Of a DNA stretch of 64,000 nucleotides, positions 19,730 through 31,871 are shown in pieces. The DNA is taken from contig BTVY01000022.1 in the NCBI GenBank assembly GCA_045863335.1, forward strand, positions 32,001-96,000, given 5' to 3'. The notes beneath the pieces are model-generated. The model did no database searches, was not told the DNA's origin, and saw only the letters and a program-made list of their open reading frames with translations. Position numbers and translations under genes: made by a program. Source of the DNA: Candidatus Hydrogenedentota bacterium (lineage in GTDB: Bacteria; Hydrogenedentota; Hydrogenedentia; Hydrogenedentales; SLHB01). How positions within the stretch are numbered: the stretch's first letter is position 1; every line of letters begins with the position of its first letter.

Positions 19730-22243
19730 CTACTCTTCTTCCGAGTCCGCGTCTGGGCCGGCCTCTGCGCCGCCCGCCAGTTCCGCGGCTTCATCCGCGA
19801 CCTGGTCCTGCTTCTCTTCGGCGATGGCGCGGGCTACCGCGCTGACTTTCGCGCCTTCCGACGGCGTCATGACCTTGACGCCCTGCGTGTTGCGGCCGAT
19901 GGTGCGCATGTCTTTCACCGCCGTGCGAATGATGATACCGTCCGTGCTGACCACGACGATCTCGTCCTGATCGTCCACCGTCATCATTCCGACCACGTTG
20001 CCGTTGCGCTCGGTGGTCTTGATGTTGATGATGCCCTGGCCGCCACGATGCTGGAGCCGGTATTCACCGACCTTTGTGCGCTTGCCGTACCCGTTCTCGG
20101 TGACGCTCAATACCGTCATGTCGTCGGCGGCGATGGAAACGCCAATCACACGATCGCCTTCCGCCATGCGGATGCCGATGACGCCGCGGGCGGTGCGTCC
20201 CATGGGCCGCACGTCCTTCTCGGGGAAGCGGATCGACATGCCAAGGTACGTGGCGATGAGAATGTTGTCTTCGCCAGACGTGATGGACACTTCCATGAGC
20301 ATGTCGTCTTTGTCGAGGTCCATGGCGATGATGCCTGTGGCCCGGGGATTGCTGAACGCCTTTAACGCCGTCTTTTTCACGACGCCTTTCTCGGTCACCA
20401 TGAAGACGAACTTGCCCTCTTCGTCAAGATCCCGAACAGGCAAACTGGCCGTGACCACCTCCTCGCCGCTCAGATTGAGCACGTTGACGATGGCGCGGCC
20501 CTTGGCCGTACGGCTCGCTTTGGGCAACTCATGCACCTTGCGCCAGTAGACGCGGCCCGTGTTCGTGAAGAACAGCAGGTATTCGTGGGCCGACGCGATG
20601 AAGAGGTCTTTGACGAAATCTTCTTCCTTCGTCTCCATACCGGTCACGCCGCGGCCGCCGCGCCGCTGTTTGCGGTAGGCGCTGACGGGCACGCGCTTGA
20701 TGTACCCTTGATTCGACACCGTGACGACCATATCCTCGTCGGCGATGAAATCTTCGACGCTGAACTCGGACCGCTCGCCCAGAATTTGAGTGCGCCGGGC
20801 GTCGCCATATTTCTCTTTAACTGCCAGAATTTCCTTGCGCACTTCCGCGAGGATGGTTTTCTCGCTGGAAAGGATCTGCCGGAACATCTCGATCTGCTTG
20901 AGCAGGTCCGCGTACTCCTTCTCCAACTCCTCGCGTTCGAGACCGGTCAAGCGTCGCAGGCGCATGGCCAGGATGGCGTTCGCCTGAATGTCGGTAAACG
21001 CAAACCGCTCCTTCAACCGCTCCCGCGCGATGTCCGCGTCGTCCGACCCGCGAATGATGGCGATGACTTCGTCGATATGATCGATAGCCTTCAGCAATCC
21101 CTCGACAATGTGCGCCCGCGCTTCGGCCTGGGCCAGGTCGTATTCGGTCCGGCGCCGGACAATTTCCGCGCGGTGCTTGACGTAGTACTGGACCACCTCG
21201 ACCAGCGACAATACGCGCGGCTGGTTGTCCACGAGCGCCAGCATGAGAATGCTGAAGGTGTCCTGCAATTGCGTGTGCTTGTACAGCTGATTCAGGATTA
21301 CCTGCGGCTCGTCGCCCTTGCGCACCTCGATAACGATCCGCATGCCGTCGCGGTCGGACTCGTCGCGCAAGTCGGTGATGCCCTCGATAGCCTTGGAACG
21401 GACCAACTCCGCGATATTCTCGATGACGCGCGATTTGTTGACCTGGTACGGAATCTCCTGGACGATGATCCTGTCCTTGCCACTCGTCTCGTCGTGTTCG
21501 ATGGCGACTTTCGCGCGCACCACGATGCGTCCGCGCCCTGTGCGGTAAGCCTGAGCAAGCCCTTCGGAGCCGTAGATGATGCCGCCCGTCGGGAAATCGG
21601 GCGCGTGAATGAAGCGCATGAGATCCTTGGTCTTGGCATCCGGGTTGTCGATGTAATGCACGACCGCGTCGCACACCTCGTTGAGGTTGTGCGGCGGGCA
21701 ACTCGTCGCCATACCGACCGCGATCCCGTAGGAACCGTTGACCAGCAGATTCGGAATGGCGGATGGCAACACGACGGGTTCCTGAAGCCGCCCATCGTAG
21801 TTGTCCTGCGTATCGACCGTTTCCTTCTGGATGTCGGCCAGCATCTCGGACGTAATGGCCGTCATCCGGGATTCCGTGTATCGCATGGCCGCCGGACTGT
21901 CGCCGTCGATGGAACCGAAGTTGCCTTGTCCGTCGATCAGGGGATACCGCATCGACCAGGGTTGGGCCATGCGAACCAACGTGTCGTAGAGCGCCTGATC
22001 GCCGTGGGGATGATACTTGGCCATCGTGTCACCGACCGTCGCGGCCGACTTGCGGTATCCGCGATTGTGAACGAGGCCCAATTCGTGCATGGCGTATAGA
22101 ATGCGGCGATGAACCGGTTTGAGCCCGTCGCGCACATCCGGCAGCGCACGGCTCACGATTACGCTCATGGAGTAATCCATGAACGAGGTCTTCATCTCCT
22201 GTTCGATCGCGATTGGTACGATTCGTTCGGTCGGTGTGTCCAT
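19730..22243 (-). CDS. gyrA: DNA gyrase subunit A
   Basis: [29 protein letters not shown], GyrA-box QRRGGRG. Confidence 0.98.
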   Translation of the reverse strand: MDTPTERIVPIAIEQEMKTSFMDYSMSVIVSRALPDVRDGLKPVHRRILYAMHELGLVHNRGYRKSAATVGDTMAKYHPHGDQALYDTLVRMAQPWSMRYPLIDGQGNFGSIDGDSPAAMRYTESRMTAITSEMLADIQKETVDTQDNYDGRLQEPVVLPSAIPNLLVNGSYGIAVGMATSCPPHNLNEVCDAVVHYIDNPDAKTKDLMRFIHAPDFPTGGIIYGSEGLAQAYRTGRGRIVVRAKVAIEHDETSGKDRIIVQEIPYQVNKSRVIENIAELVRSKAIEGITDLRDESDRDGMRIVIEVRKGDEPQVILNQLYKHTQLQDTFSILMLALVDNQPRVLSLVEVVQYYVKHRAEIVRRRTEYDLAQAEARAHIVEGLLKAIDHIDEVIAIIRGSDDADIARERLKERFAFTDIQANAILAMRLRRLTGLEREELEKEYADLLKQIEMFRQILSSEKTILAEVRKEILAVKEKYGDARRTQILGERSEFSVEDFIADEDMVVTVSNQGYIKRVPVSAYRKQRRGGRGVTGMETKEEDFVKDLFIASAHEYLLFFTNTGRVYWRKVHELPKASRTAKGRAIVNVLNLSGEEVVTASLPVRDLDEEGKFVFMVTEKGVVKKTALKAFSNPRATGIIAMDLDKDDMLMEVSITSGEDNILIATYLGMSIRFPEKDVRPMGRTARGVIGIRMAEGDRVIGVSIAADDMTVLSVTENGYGKRTKVGEYRLQHRGGQGIINIKTTERNGNVVGMMTVDDQDEIVVVSTDGIIIRTAVKDMRTIGRNTQGVKVMTPSEGAKVSAVARAIAEEKQDQVADEAAELAGGAEAGPDADSEEE

Positions 22244-22304
22244 TTCTTCCTCTTGGGTTCGTCAAACTCGTTCGCGCGCCACCATCCGGCGCGGAACAGC
22301 GCCG

Positions 22305-24773
<2,469 letters not shown>

Positions 24774-24775
24774 TC

Positions 24776-24804
24776 AGTATAGCAAAATGGAGGCGTGAAA
24801 ACAA
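24776..24804 (-). promoter_or_regulatory. Sigma70-type promoter of gyrB (extended -10)
   Basis: TTGTTT-N17-TATACT with TG one base upstream of the -10 hexamer. Confidence 0.6.
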
Positions 24805-24840
24805 CAGAAACCGCAATATTTAGAGGATTTTCAGCGGCCC

Positions 24841-25236
24841 TTATACGCCATCTTGTGACGGCGGGGCAGGGGAGTCGTCCCCGAGCAGAATGAAGATGTC
24901 GGACACCAATTCCTGGCCCGCCATCTGGTTGATCCGGCGGATGATGTCCCACTTGTAATAAGCGAATTTGTTCATCCAGACCGGGCTGTACGCCTCGATG
25001 TAGAGGGTCTGGTCCTTCACCGTCTGCGGGTGCCCATGCCCGCACAAATACTGCCCCGCCAGCTCCGGCCACCGCTCCCAAATCTGCGCCTGCTCCAGTT
25101 GCTTCCCAAGCCGGGACTTCTTCTTCAGCGAAGCAAGGATTTCCCCGATTCCTGTCGGGTCCTGCTTGTCTGATTCGTTCTTCTTGCGGTTTGCCATGGG
25201 ATAACTCGGAAATGCGGTGGCCACGTTGCTGCTCAA
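24841..25236 (-). CDS. dciA: DciA / DUF721-family protein
   Basis: IGEIL, IWERWPELAG, LYIEAYSPVW motifs; position between recF and gyrB; start may be at 25197. Confidence 0.75.
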   Translation of the reverse strand: MSSNVATAFPSYPMANRKKNESDKQDPTGIGEILASLKKKSRLGKQLEQAQIWERWPELAGQYLCGHGHPQTVKDQTLYIEAYSPVWMNKFAYYKWDIIRRINQMAGQELVSDIFILLGDDSPAPPSQDGV

Positions 25237-25336
25237 AAGCTCATTCTATCGCGATCCCTACCTCGCCCGCTACCCGCAGGCCCGGAAGGGCGGAGGGCGG
25301 TAGCCCAGCGCCACGCCGCTGGCGTGGCAACCACAT

Positions 25337-25399
25337 TCGAATCCCGAAGCACGAAATCCGAAACAAATTCCAATGACCGAAATCCAAATGACCAAAACA
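25337..25399. repeat. Repeat family D (CGAAATCCGAAACAA...AATGACC(G)AAA)
   Basis: Related copies at 56056-56119, 56170-56213 (reverse), 61028-61093 and 61452-61518 (reverse). Confidence 0.8.
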
Positions 25400-25452
25400 C
25401 TTTGGCCGAGTCAAGGGCAACAACCTCCTGCAAGAGGACGGGTGCCCACGGC

Positions 25453-25560
25453 AGCCCCGGATGGGGCGACTCGAATGTAGCCCGGGGTGGAGCGAGGCAC
25501 GAGCGGAACCCCGGGTCACGTGACCACAACCACCGCGCAGCCCCCGAATGGGGGCGAAAG
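25453..25560. repeat. Repeat family G (GCCCCGGA.GGGGCGA...GTAGCCC.GG..GGAGCGAGGCACGAGCGGAA.CC.GGGTC)
   Basis: Related copies at 61316-61417 and 62883-62980. Confidence 0.8.
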
Positions 25561-25628
25561 AATTGGAGAAGATCCTTATACTGGTTGTGAGATTGCTCGA
25601 GGGGGCCGGCGGCAGAAAGGCATAGCCA

Positions 25629-26438
25629 ATGAACCATTCAATGACGGTGCTGGCCCTGTTGATTCTCGTGCTCTTTACCGCTGCGTCGGGTGCCGATTTG
25701 GCCGATAGCAAGTTGGTAACGATCGACTTCACCAACCCCCGCGAGGTCTTCAAGCAGGCAACGTGGACCGATCCAAAGATCGTCCAAGCGAGCGAACAGG
25801 GTCTGTCGCTCAACTGGAACAAAAGGCCTTTGCGCACGAAAGGCATACCCGAGAGTGAACGAGGGACATTCACAAAGGACGTAATCGTTCACGTCGAACC
25901 GGTTCCGGTGGGATGGTCTTGGCGACCGGTAACGTACGTGTGGGTAGGCGCGGAGGTGACGCCTCCGGAGGAGTTTGTTTTTTTGCCCGACAGAACCGGG
26001 TGTCCGCCATGCGAAGTGTTTGCGCGGTACAGTCCCGACCTCAAGAATTGGTCGTCGTGGCAGGCCCTGGAGCGGATACCCCCCGACAACCAAACAGACC
26101 CGCGGCAGACCTATCAGATTTCGCTCCAAGTGCCGGTTGCGGATCGGTCGGCGTATGAGTCCATGTTCTGGGAGTACATGGAGAAGAATGTTCCATGGAA
26201 GAGCGATGAGGAAGCGGCAGTCGAGTGGATACTTGAGCAGCAACCGGACTTCTTCGAGGATCAGATTCCCTTCATCGGATACGTGCAGTTGAGATTTGAG
26301 ATTGCCTTGAAAGGGGATCAGCGCATTGAACGCCTTGAGTTCAGGCTAAGCTACCAAACTGGTGGCTCGCACAATATTCCCAAAGACGAGAGTGTCTACA
26401 AGGATCGAAACGGTCCCTGGAGGTTCAGGGCAAAATGA
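25629..26438 (+). CDS. Hypothetical secreted protein
   Basis: 269 aa; N-terminal signal peptide; GAAAGG RBS. Confidence 0.75.
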   Translation: MNHSMTVLALLILVLFTAASGADLADSKLVTIDFTNPREVFKQATWTDPKIVQASEQGLSLNWNKRPLRTKGIPESERGTFTKDVIVHVEPVPVGWSWRPVTYVWVGAEVTPPEEFVFLPDRTGCPPCEVFARYSPDLKNWSSWQALERIPPDNQTDPRQTYQISLQVPVADRSAYESMFWEYMEKNVPWKSDEEAAVEWILEQQPDFFEDQIPFIGYVQLRFEIALKGDQRIERLEFRLSYQTGGSHNIPKDESVYKDRNGPWRFRAK

Positions 26439-26884
26439 AATCCATTCCTTCTGCCACCACGCTTCTCTTCGCATCAGTCTGGCTGTGTGGCGCCGTCTGC
26501 AACCGCGTGGAATTCCCGCCCGTCAACAGTACGCTGTTGGACCCGAGTGGGAACTTTACGTTGTACGTCAGCAATCAAAGTTTCGCCATTAGCCCCGTTG
26601 ACATCAATGTGCAAATCGATGGCGAGGTAGTTGTCCATCAGAACTTTGACGTTGGCACCCAGCATAACTGGAAGAAGTTCCGAATTGCGCTGCCGCCGGG
26701 AACCCACTCCCTCACCGCTACGTCAGCTAAAGGGGATGCAACGCTTGAGCAGGAGTTTGCGGTAACGGGAGAGCATTGGGCGGTCGTCGACTTTTGGTAT
26801 TATCCGGAAGCCAAGGGTGGCGCGGGCCCGACGCCGAGACAATTCGGCTTCCGCGTTCAGGACAGCCCAATCGGGTTCATGTAA
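26435..26884 (+). CDS. Hypothetical exported beta-rich protein
   Basis: ATGA overlap with the upstream gene; hydrophobic N-terminus; LYVSNQSF, LPPGTHSL. Confidence 0.7.
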   Translation: MKSIPSATTLLFASVWLCGAVCNRVEFPPVNSTLLDPSGNFTLYVSNQSFAISPVDINVQIDGEVVVHQNFDVGTQHNWKKFRIALPPGTHSLTATSAKGDATLEQEFAVTGEHWAVVDFWYYPEAKGGAGPTPRQFGFRVQDSPIGFM

Positions 26885-27009
26885 GTGCGGCGATGAGACT
26901 GCAAATCGTTCAATGAATTCTTCGTGTTTCACTCTCCAGTCGCGGATTCGCGCGGATCGATCTCCGAGTATTCGCCTTGTCGTGTCTGACCGGTGCCTTC
27001 CCGCCGCCT

Positions 27010-27297
27010 CTACTCGCGCAACTGAAAGAGAACGTCAACAATCTCCACCTCCGGAGCCCCTGTCACCTTATAGGCCTCCGGGATACTGGCGGCTAATTCG
27101 GACTCACGATACGCGGCCAATGATTCCTTGGAATCCCAGACGTAAATGCCGCAGTATCGATTGGGTTCCTCAAGCTTCACGTAATACTTCTAAATGAGCC
27201 CGGGCAGCGCTCGAAACTGTTCGAGGCGATCTTCTGCCACCCGCAGCACCTCCGCTTCCGACAGGGTCGTCTCGAATCTTACTACCTGAACGATCAT
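27010..27297 (-). pseudogene. YdhR/ABM-like monooxygenase-fold gene with in-frame TAG
   Basis: Hand translation: MIVQVVRFETTLSEAEVLRVAEDRLEQFRALPGLI*KYYVKLEEPNRYCGIYVWDSKESLAAYRESEL...FQLRE; TAG at 27190-27192 (codon 36). Confidence 0.75.
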
Positions 27298-27486
27298 GAT
27301 TGTCACCATCCTTCATGTTCCGGAGCGCCAGCATCGCTGATGAGAAGCGCACGTGTCTTCCCGAGTCTTGGCCGTTGTCATTCGCGCCCCACTAACTTGA
27401 AGATTGCATGGTAGTGCCTCTATCGGATTTCCACAAGTGGTCAAGTCCAGGGGACCGGTCACCTGCATTTCGCCCGTGCGTCACCG

Positions 27487-27515
27487 TTGACGGGACCGGC
27501 GCGCGGGCATATACT
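27487..27515 (+). promoter_or_regulatory. Sigma70-type promoter upstream of peptide gene D
   Basis: TTGACG-N17-TATACT. Confidence 0.75.
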
Positions 27516-27770
27516 GAATTTGGAGCAAGACGACGGGGGACTGATCCACGTCAAAGGGGAACCCGATCCGGCTTTTTCTTGCCTAACGCCGAAGTTCTGT
27601 TGCAGAGATCCCGGCGGGGCCGACTGATGCCGGCGTAGTGAGCGCTTGCGCCACGTGTGGTCTTCTGACGCCGCCTAATGATGAGAACAGATTCGCATAT
27701 CTGCAGCGGGTGCCGCCACCCTGTTGGTAGGGGCACGCGGTGCTCGCGTCAAACATGGAGGGAGATGAAA

Positions 27771-27950
27771 ATGAGTCATGTAAAACGGGTGACCAAAGTG
27801 AAGCAGACTCCGGCACTGGCGGCAGGCGGAGATATTGCGGACTGCTTCAGGGGGTTCATCAATGGCGAGTACCCGCTTTTCGGTGTGCCGAGCTTCCTGG
27901 ACTGTGTGAAGTGCTCCAAAGGCGGCGGTAGCTGCGCCGAGCCTGAATAA
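27771..27950 (+). CDS. Small leader-family peptide D (59 aa, Cys-rich core)
   Basis: GGAGGGAG RBS; MSHVKRVTKVKQTPALA-AGGDIADCFRGFINGEYPLFGVPSFLDCVKCSKGGGSCAEPE; own promoter and terminator. Confidence 0.75.
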   Translation: MSHVKRVTKVKQTPALAAGGDIADCFRGFINGEYPLFGVPSFLDCVKCSKGGGSCAEPE

Positions 27951-27958
27951 TCCATCCT

Positions 27959-27998
27959 GAAGCCCCGGCTCCCTCGGCGGAGCCGGGGCTTCTTCTCT
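27959..27998 (+). terminator. Intrinsic terminator (possibly bidirectional, also serving recF)
   Basis: GAAGCCCCGGCTCC-N6-GGAGCCGGGGCTTC then TTCTCT. Confidence 0.8.
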
Positions 27999-28027
27999 GA
28001 TGTGATCTACAGATTCGCTTCGCAAAG

Positions 28028-29104
28028 TCAGGCGACTCTGCTTACCACCCCCGCTTTGACCGAAAACCGGGCGCAATCTTTGGGGAACAGGCCTTCCTTG
28101 TCCGTTAAGTCCGTCGTGGTCATGATGCATTGAACTTGCGCGGGCAGCGTTTCTACCAACCGGCGCGACCGGTTGGCGTCCAGCTCAGAGAAGACATCGT
28201 CGAGCAGGAGGATGGGGTATTCGCCGACGCGCGCGCGGATCAATTCCAGCTCGGCCAGTTTCAACGCAAGCGCGGCGGTCCGCTGTTGCCCTTGCGAGGC
28301 GAAGGGCCGGGCGGCCTTCTCGTCAACGGCGAACAGCATGTCATCGCGATGGGGCCCGTGCGTCGTGACGCCCTGGCGGAGGTCGTTCTCGCGGGACGCG
28401 GCCAGTACTTCGACAAAGGGTGTGCCGTCGCGCACGTCGGGACGGTAGGTGAGCACCATGGGCTCGTGTCCGGCAATGGCCGAATACGCAGCGGCGGCAT
28501 TCGGCGCAAGGGCCTCCACGAACAGCCGGCGTTCGTCAATGAGCACGGTGCCATGCGTGGCGAGTTGTTCATCCCACACGTCCAGCAACGCGGCATCCGG
28601 ACGTGGTTGGCGCAGGAGTTCGTTCCGTTGACGCACGACGTTTCGGTACTGCTGCAAAGCGTGCAGGTATCGCGGGCTGAGTTGCGACAGCTCCATATCG
28701 AGAAAGGTGCGCCGTTGCGACGCCGATCCGCGTACCAGGCCCACGTCTTCGGGCGAGAAGAAGACCACGTTGATCTTCCCCAACAGATCGCTGACGCGCG
28801 TTTGATTGACGCCGTTGACGCGAATGCGTTTGGCGCCCTGCCACCAGATCGCTTCCAGCGAAACCTCGCGATCGCGCCGTTGCACCTGCGCCGCCAGTTT
28901 AAAGCCCGGTTCGCCCCGCCGCACAAGTTCACTTTCCACGTTGGTGCGGTGACTCTTTGACGTGGCAAGGTACTGGATCGCTTCCAGGATGGAGGTTTTC
29001 CCCTGCGCGTTGTCGCCCTGGATGAGGTTCGCCCCCGGTTCCGGCATAAACGACAACTCGACCAGGCCTCGAAAGTTGTCGCAGGTGAGTTCGATCAAAT
29101 GCAT
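28028..29104 (-). CDS. recF: DNA replication/repair protein RecF
   Basis: GDNAQGKTSILEAI, GPHRDD, SQGQQR, PILLLDDVFSELD. Confidence 0.97.
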   Translation of the reverse strand: MHLIELTCDNFRGLVELSFMPEPGANLIQGDNAQGKTSILEAIQYLATSKSHRTNVESELVRRGEPGFKLAAQVQRRDREVSLEAIWWQGAKRIRVNGVNQTRVSDLLGKINVVFFSPEDVGLVRGSASQRRTFLDMELSQLSPRYLHALQQYRNVVRQRNELLRQPRPDAALLDVWDEQLATHGTVLIDERRLFVEALAPNAAAAYSAIAGHEPMVLTYRPDVRDGTPFVEVLAASRENDLRQGVTTHGPHRDDMLFAVDEKAARPFASQGQQRTAALALKLAELELIRARVGEYPILLLDDVFSELDANRSRRLVETLPAQVQCIMTTTDLTDKEGLFPKDCARFSVKAGVVSRVA

Positions 29105-29198
29105 GGGGTGCTTTCCAATATGCGCAGACGGCCGGGCGGCATTCTATCAACTCACACGGACAAGGAGCGAACGGCGGAACGAGGGGGCATTACAGGCG

Positions 29199-30050
29199 CT
29201 ACGAGGACATTTCGATGAGTTCGTCGACCGAATCCAGCGAGCCAAAGAACTCGTCGAGCAATTTCGGGTAGTCCGAAATCGCGAAGCCGGCCGCGTCCCA
29301 CATCTCGTCCCCGATGTAGCCCGTCGACTTCAGGGCGGACCCGATGCCGCTCATGTTGCAGATGTAATCCGCAACGGCCGTCGTCGCAGCGAGACCCCGC
29401 GCTGCTTCGCTTGGGCACGCGGCCAAACTGTGGTGACCGGCAATCGCGCCGACCAGTTCTTTGGAAAGTCCCCATTGTTGGGCCAAGCGGCTCCCCAGTT
29501 CCGCGTGGTCGACACCGATGATCGACCGCTCCGCCTCGTACAAGGGAATCTCCTTCGCCCGGCTGAGCAATTGGGCGCTCTCCACTTCCTTGGGCAAGAA
29601 CTGCTCCAAGATAATCTTTCCCACATCATGCAGCAGCCCGAACACGAAAGCCTCGTCCTGATCCATGGTGTGGAGCTCCGGGTGCCCCGCGATGAGGATG
29701 CGCATCGCCACCCCACAGCTCACGCTGTGCCGCAGCAAAGCGCCCGTACCCTTGTGGAAGGTATCGAACACGGTCGCGGTGAACGCAAGATTCTTGATGA
29801 CCTTCATCCCAAGCAGGGCCACCGCATGATCCACCGACGTCACCTTGTGGGACAGCCCGTAGTAGGCCGAGTTCACCAGCCGGAGGGTCTTGATCGCCAG
29901 GGCGGGGTCTGCCTGGATGGCCTTGGCCACGTCCGAAAGGCTCGAATCGGGGGCGTTGACGAGTTGGGTGATGCGTGTCACGCTGGAAGGCAAACTGGGA
30001 AGCGTGACGATTTCGTCAAGCAGGGAGTCGATATTGTAGTTTGCGGTCAC
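29199..30050 (-). CDS. HDOD-domain protein
   Basis: LPSLP, DPALAIKTLRLVNSAYYG, GLLHDVGK, DHAELG..LAQQWGL. Confidence 0.92.
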   Translation of the reverse strand: MTANYNIDSLLDEIVTLPSLPSSVTRITQLVNAPDSSLSDVAKAIQADPALAIKTLRLVNSAYYGLSHKVTSVDHAVALLGMKVIKNLAFTATVFDTFHKGTGALLRHSVSCGVAMRILIAGHPELHTMDQDEAFVFGLLHDVGKIILEQFLPKEVESAQLLSRAKEIPLYEAERSIIGVDHAELGSRLAQQWGLSKELVGAIAGHHSLAACPSEAARGLAATTAVADYICNMSGIGSALKSTGYIGDEMWDAAGFAISDYPKLLDEFFGSLDSVDELIEMSS

Positions 30051-30340
30051 GGCAACTCAATGGGCGTCAGCCCGCTCTCTCCAAAGGCCCGTTCCTGAGT
30101 GCAGAGAATGTCCAGCACCTGGCGGGGATGCATCAGCTTCAACGCATCCATGAGGGGAACTGCCTGGGCGCCTCCGGCGTCCCCGGCCGCAAGCACGACC
30201 ATCGCCCCCTTGGGATTGTCGCGCGGTCCCACCAGGACCACCTTCCCCTCCGAACCGTTGCGGAGCGAAATCGTACCCACAAGTCCGGCGCCCTGCCGCT
30301 TCCAGTCCGTAGCGGAATTCATGGATGGGTTCCCGAACAT
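30047..30340 (-). CDS. Hypothetical protein
   Basis: Stop overlaps the HDOD start (GTGA); start uncertain. Confidence 0.45.
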   Translation of the reverse strand: MFGNPSMNSATDWKRQGAGLVGTISLRNGSEGKVVLVGPRDNPKGAMVVLAAGDAGGAQAVPLMDALKLMHPRQVLDILCTQERAFGESGLTPIELP

Positions 30341-30510
30341 GCGTACGGCGCGACGTCCCGGACTGGCCCAAGACGCTTGTTCGACACGGATATGGAATGC
30401 TTCAGCAGGCAGGCTTGCGTAGAGGATGCACTCATTCGAGAGCCCATGTGAATATGCCCGGAAACACGTAACACCGCTTCCCCCTGCGGGAACGGGCCGC
30501 ATTCGCCGTA

Positions 30511-30894
30511 TTAGAAGATGTACTCGGGCTCGAGAATCGGCTCGAAATTGACTTCGAGGTCGGATACCGGGAAGGTGACCATCTCGAAGACGCCGGTACC
30601 CGTGCGTAGAAAGGCCCGCGTCGTCCCCAGCACCGGAACCACACCGACGAGATAGCCCAGCGGCTTCCCTTGCTTGAGTTTTTCGTCGAAGGTGACCGGA
30701 ATCTCCGCCCATCCCAACAGTACGTTGGACAGACCGCGGCCCAGCTTCGTTAATCGCTTTTCAAATCCGGTCGGCGCAGGGATCTCCTGGTCGGGATCGT
30801 ATCCTTCCGCGACCACCGCGAACGGCGCGAGAACGACCACCGCAACCAGCACCATCGCGAAGAACTTCGCCCACGTTTTCTTGAACGCTCCCAC
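30511..30894 (-). CDS. Exosortase-system-associated protein (TIGR04073-like)
   Basis: Signal peptide; KLGRGLSNVLLGWAEIP, GVFEMVTFP, ILEPEYIF; GAGAGGAGG RBS. Confidence 0.75.
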   Translation of the reverse strand: MGAFKKTWAKFFAMVLVAVVVLAPFAVVAEGYDPDQEIPAPTGFEKRLTKLGRGLSNVLLGWAEIPVTFDEKLKQGKPLGYLVGVVPVLGTTRAFLRTGTGVFEMVTFPVSDLEVNFEPILEPEYIF

Positions 30895-31154
30895 GTGACC
30901 CTCCTCTCCAGATAAAGAGATACTACGCTTCCGCTTGCGAGCAAAGGCAGTCTAGCACAGGGGAAAACCCTTGTCAATTGTCCCGCGCGGCCCCAATCCA
31001 TCCGCAGCAAAGGTATGCCGCCTGGCCAATTCCGAGTTGCCGACGGATTGTTTTTTGTACAGGATGTGGCATAGGATCGGAACGACAACACAAAATCTTC
31101 GGCTCTTGACAAGCAAGTTGAGATGCCGCACATGCGGGTAGATTGACAGCGATC

Positions 31155-31856
31155 ATGCAACTCGAATTCGCCTTTCGCGATCCGGGGTCGCTCCATAGAG
31201 AACTGGAAAGCCGATCCGGCTTGCGCCTGAATCTGGTTCTTACCGACAACTCCCATACGGTCATGTCGGTGAAGCATCATCCTGTATCCGGCGTCGTCGC
31301 GCTGCGCATGCACCACATGTTCCTGGGGGCGGACCCAGACGTGGTGCAGGCCCTCGCCATCTGGCTCAAGCGGCCATCGTGCCGGCGTTCGGGCGACGTC
31401 ATCGACCGGTTCATTCGCAGCAACCGTCATCTGGTGCGGCGGCGGGCAAACGCCCAGCGCCGCCTCTATCCCGTGGGCGCGGTGTACGACCTCCGCGCGA
31501 TGTACCGCGAAGTGAACGACGCATACTTCAATGGGACCTTGGACGCCGCCATCACCTGGGGCCGCAGGCCGACGGGAAAGAAGCGGCGTTCGATCCGGTT
31601 CGGCAGTTACTCGGTAGAGGAGCATCTAATCCGCATTCACCCTTATCTGGATCGCGTGGAGGTGCCCGAGTTTTTCGTCCGGTACATCGTGTTTCATGAA
31701 ATGCTCCACGCCCACCTCGGGATCGAGGAAAGCCCCACGGGCCGGCGGAAGATCCATACGCCGGAATTCAAACGCCTCGAGCGGACGTATCCCGATTTTG
31801 AACGTGCCGAGGCGTGGCAGGCGAAACCGTCAAACTTGCGAATGCTGTTGCGCTGA
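31155..31856 (+). CDS. SprT-like / YgjP-like zinc metalloprotease-domain protein
   Basis: ITWGR, IRFGSY, IRIHPYLD, IVFHEMLH (HExxH), HTPEF. Confidence 0.8.
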   Translation: MQLEFAFRDPGSLHRELESRSGLRLNLVLTDNSHTVMSVKHHPVSGVVALRMHHMFLGADPDVVQALAIWLKRPSCRRSGDVIDRFIRSNRHLVRRRANAQRRLYPVGAVYDLRAMYREVNDAYFNGTLDAAITWGRRPTGKKRRSIRFGSYSVEEHLIRIHPYLDRVEVPEFFVRYIVFHEMLHAHLGIEESPTGRRKIHTPEFKRLERTYPDFERAEAWQAKPSNLRMLLR

Positions 31857-31871
31857 GAGGGCGAAGTATCG

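Noticed and set aside
26723-26932. Minus-strand ORF starting MKHEEF as another leader-family member
   Set aside because: Only MKH matches; no [VI]xx[VIL][ST] or PxxA, and it is antisense to a better gene.
28028-30894. Replication origin near recF/gyrB
   Set aside because: No dnaA or dnaN and no cluster of TTATCCACA-type boxes seen.
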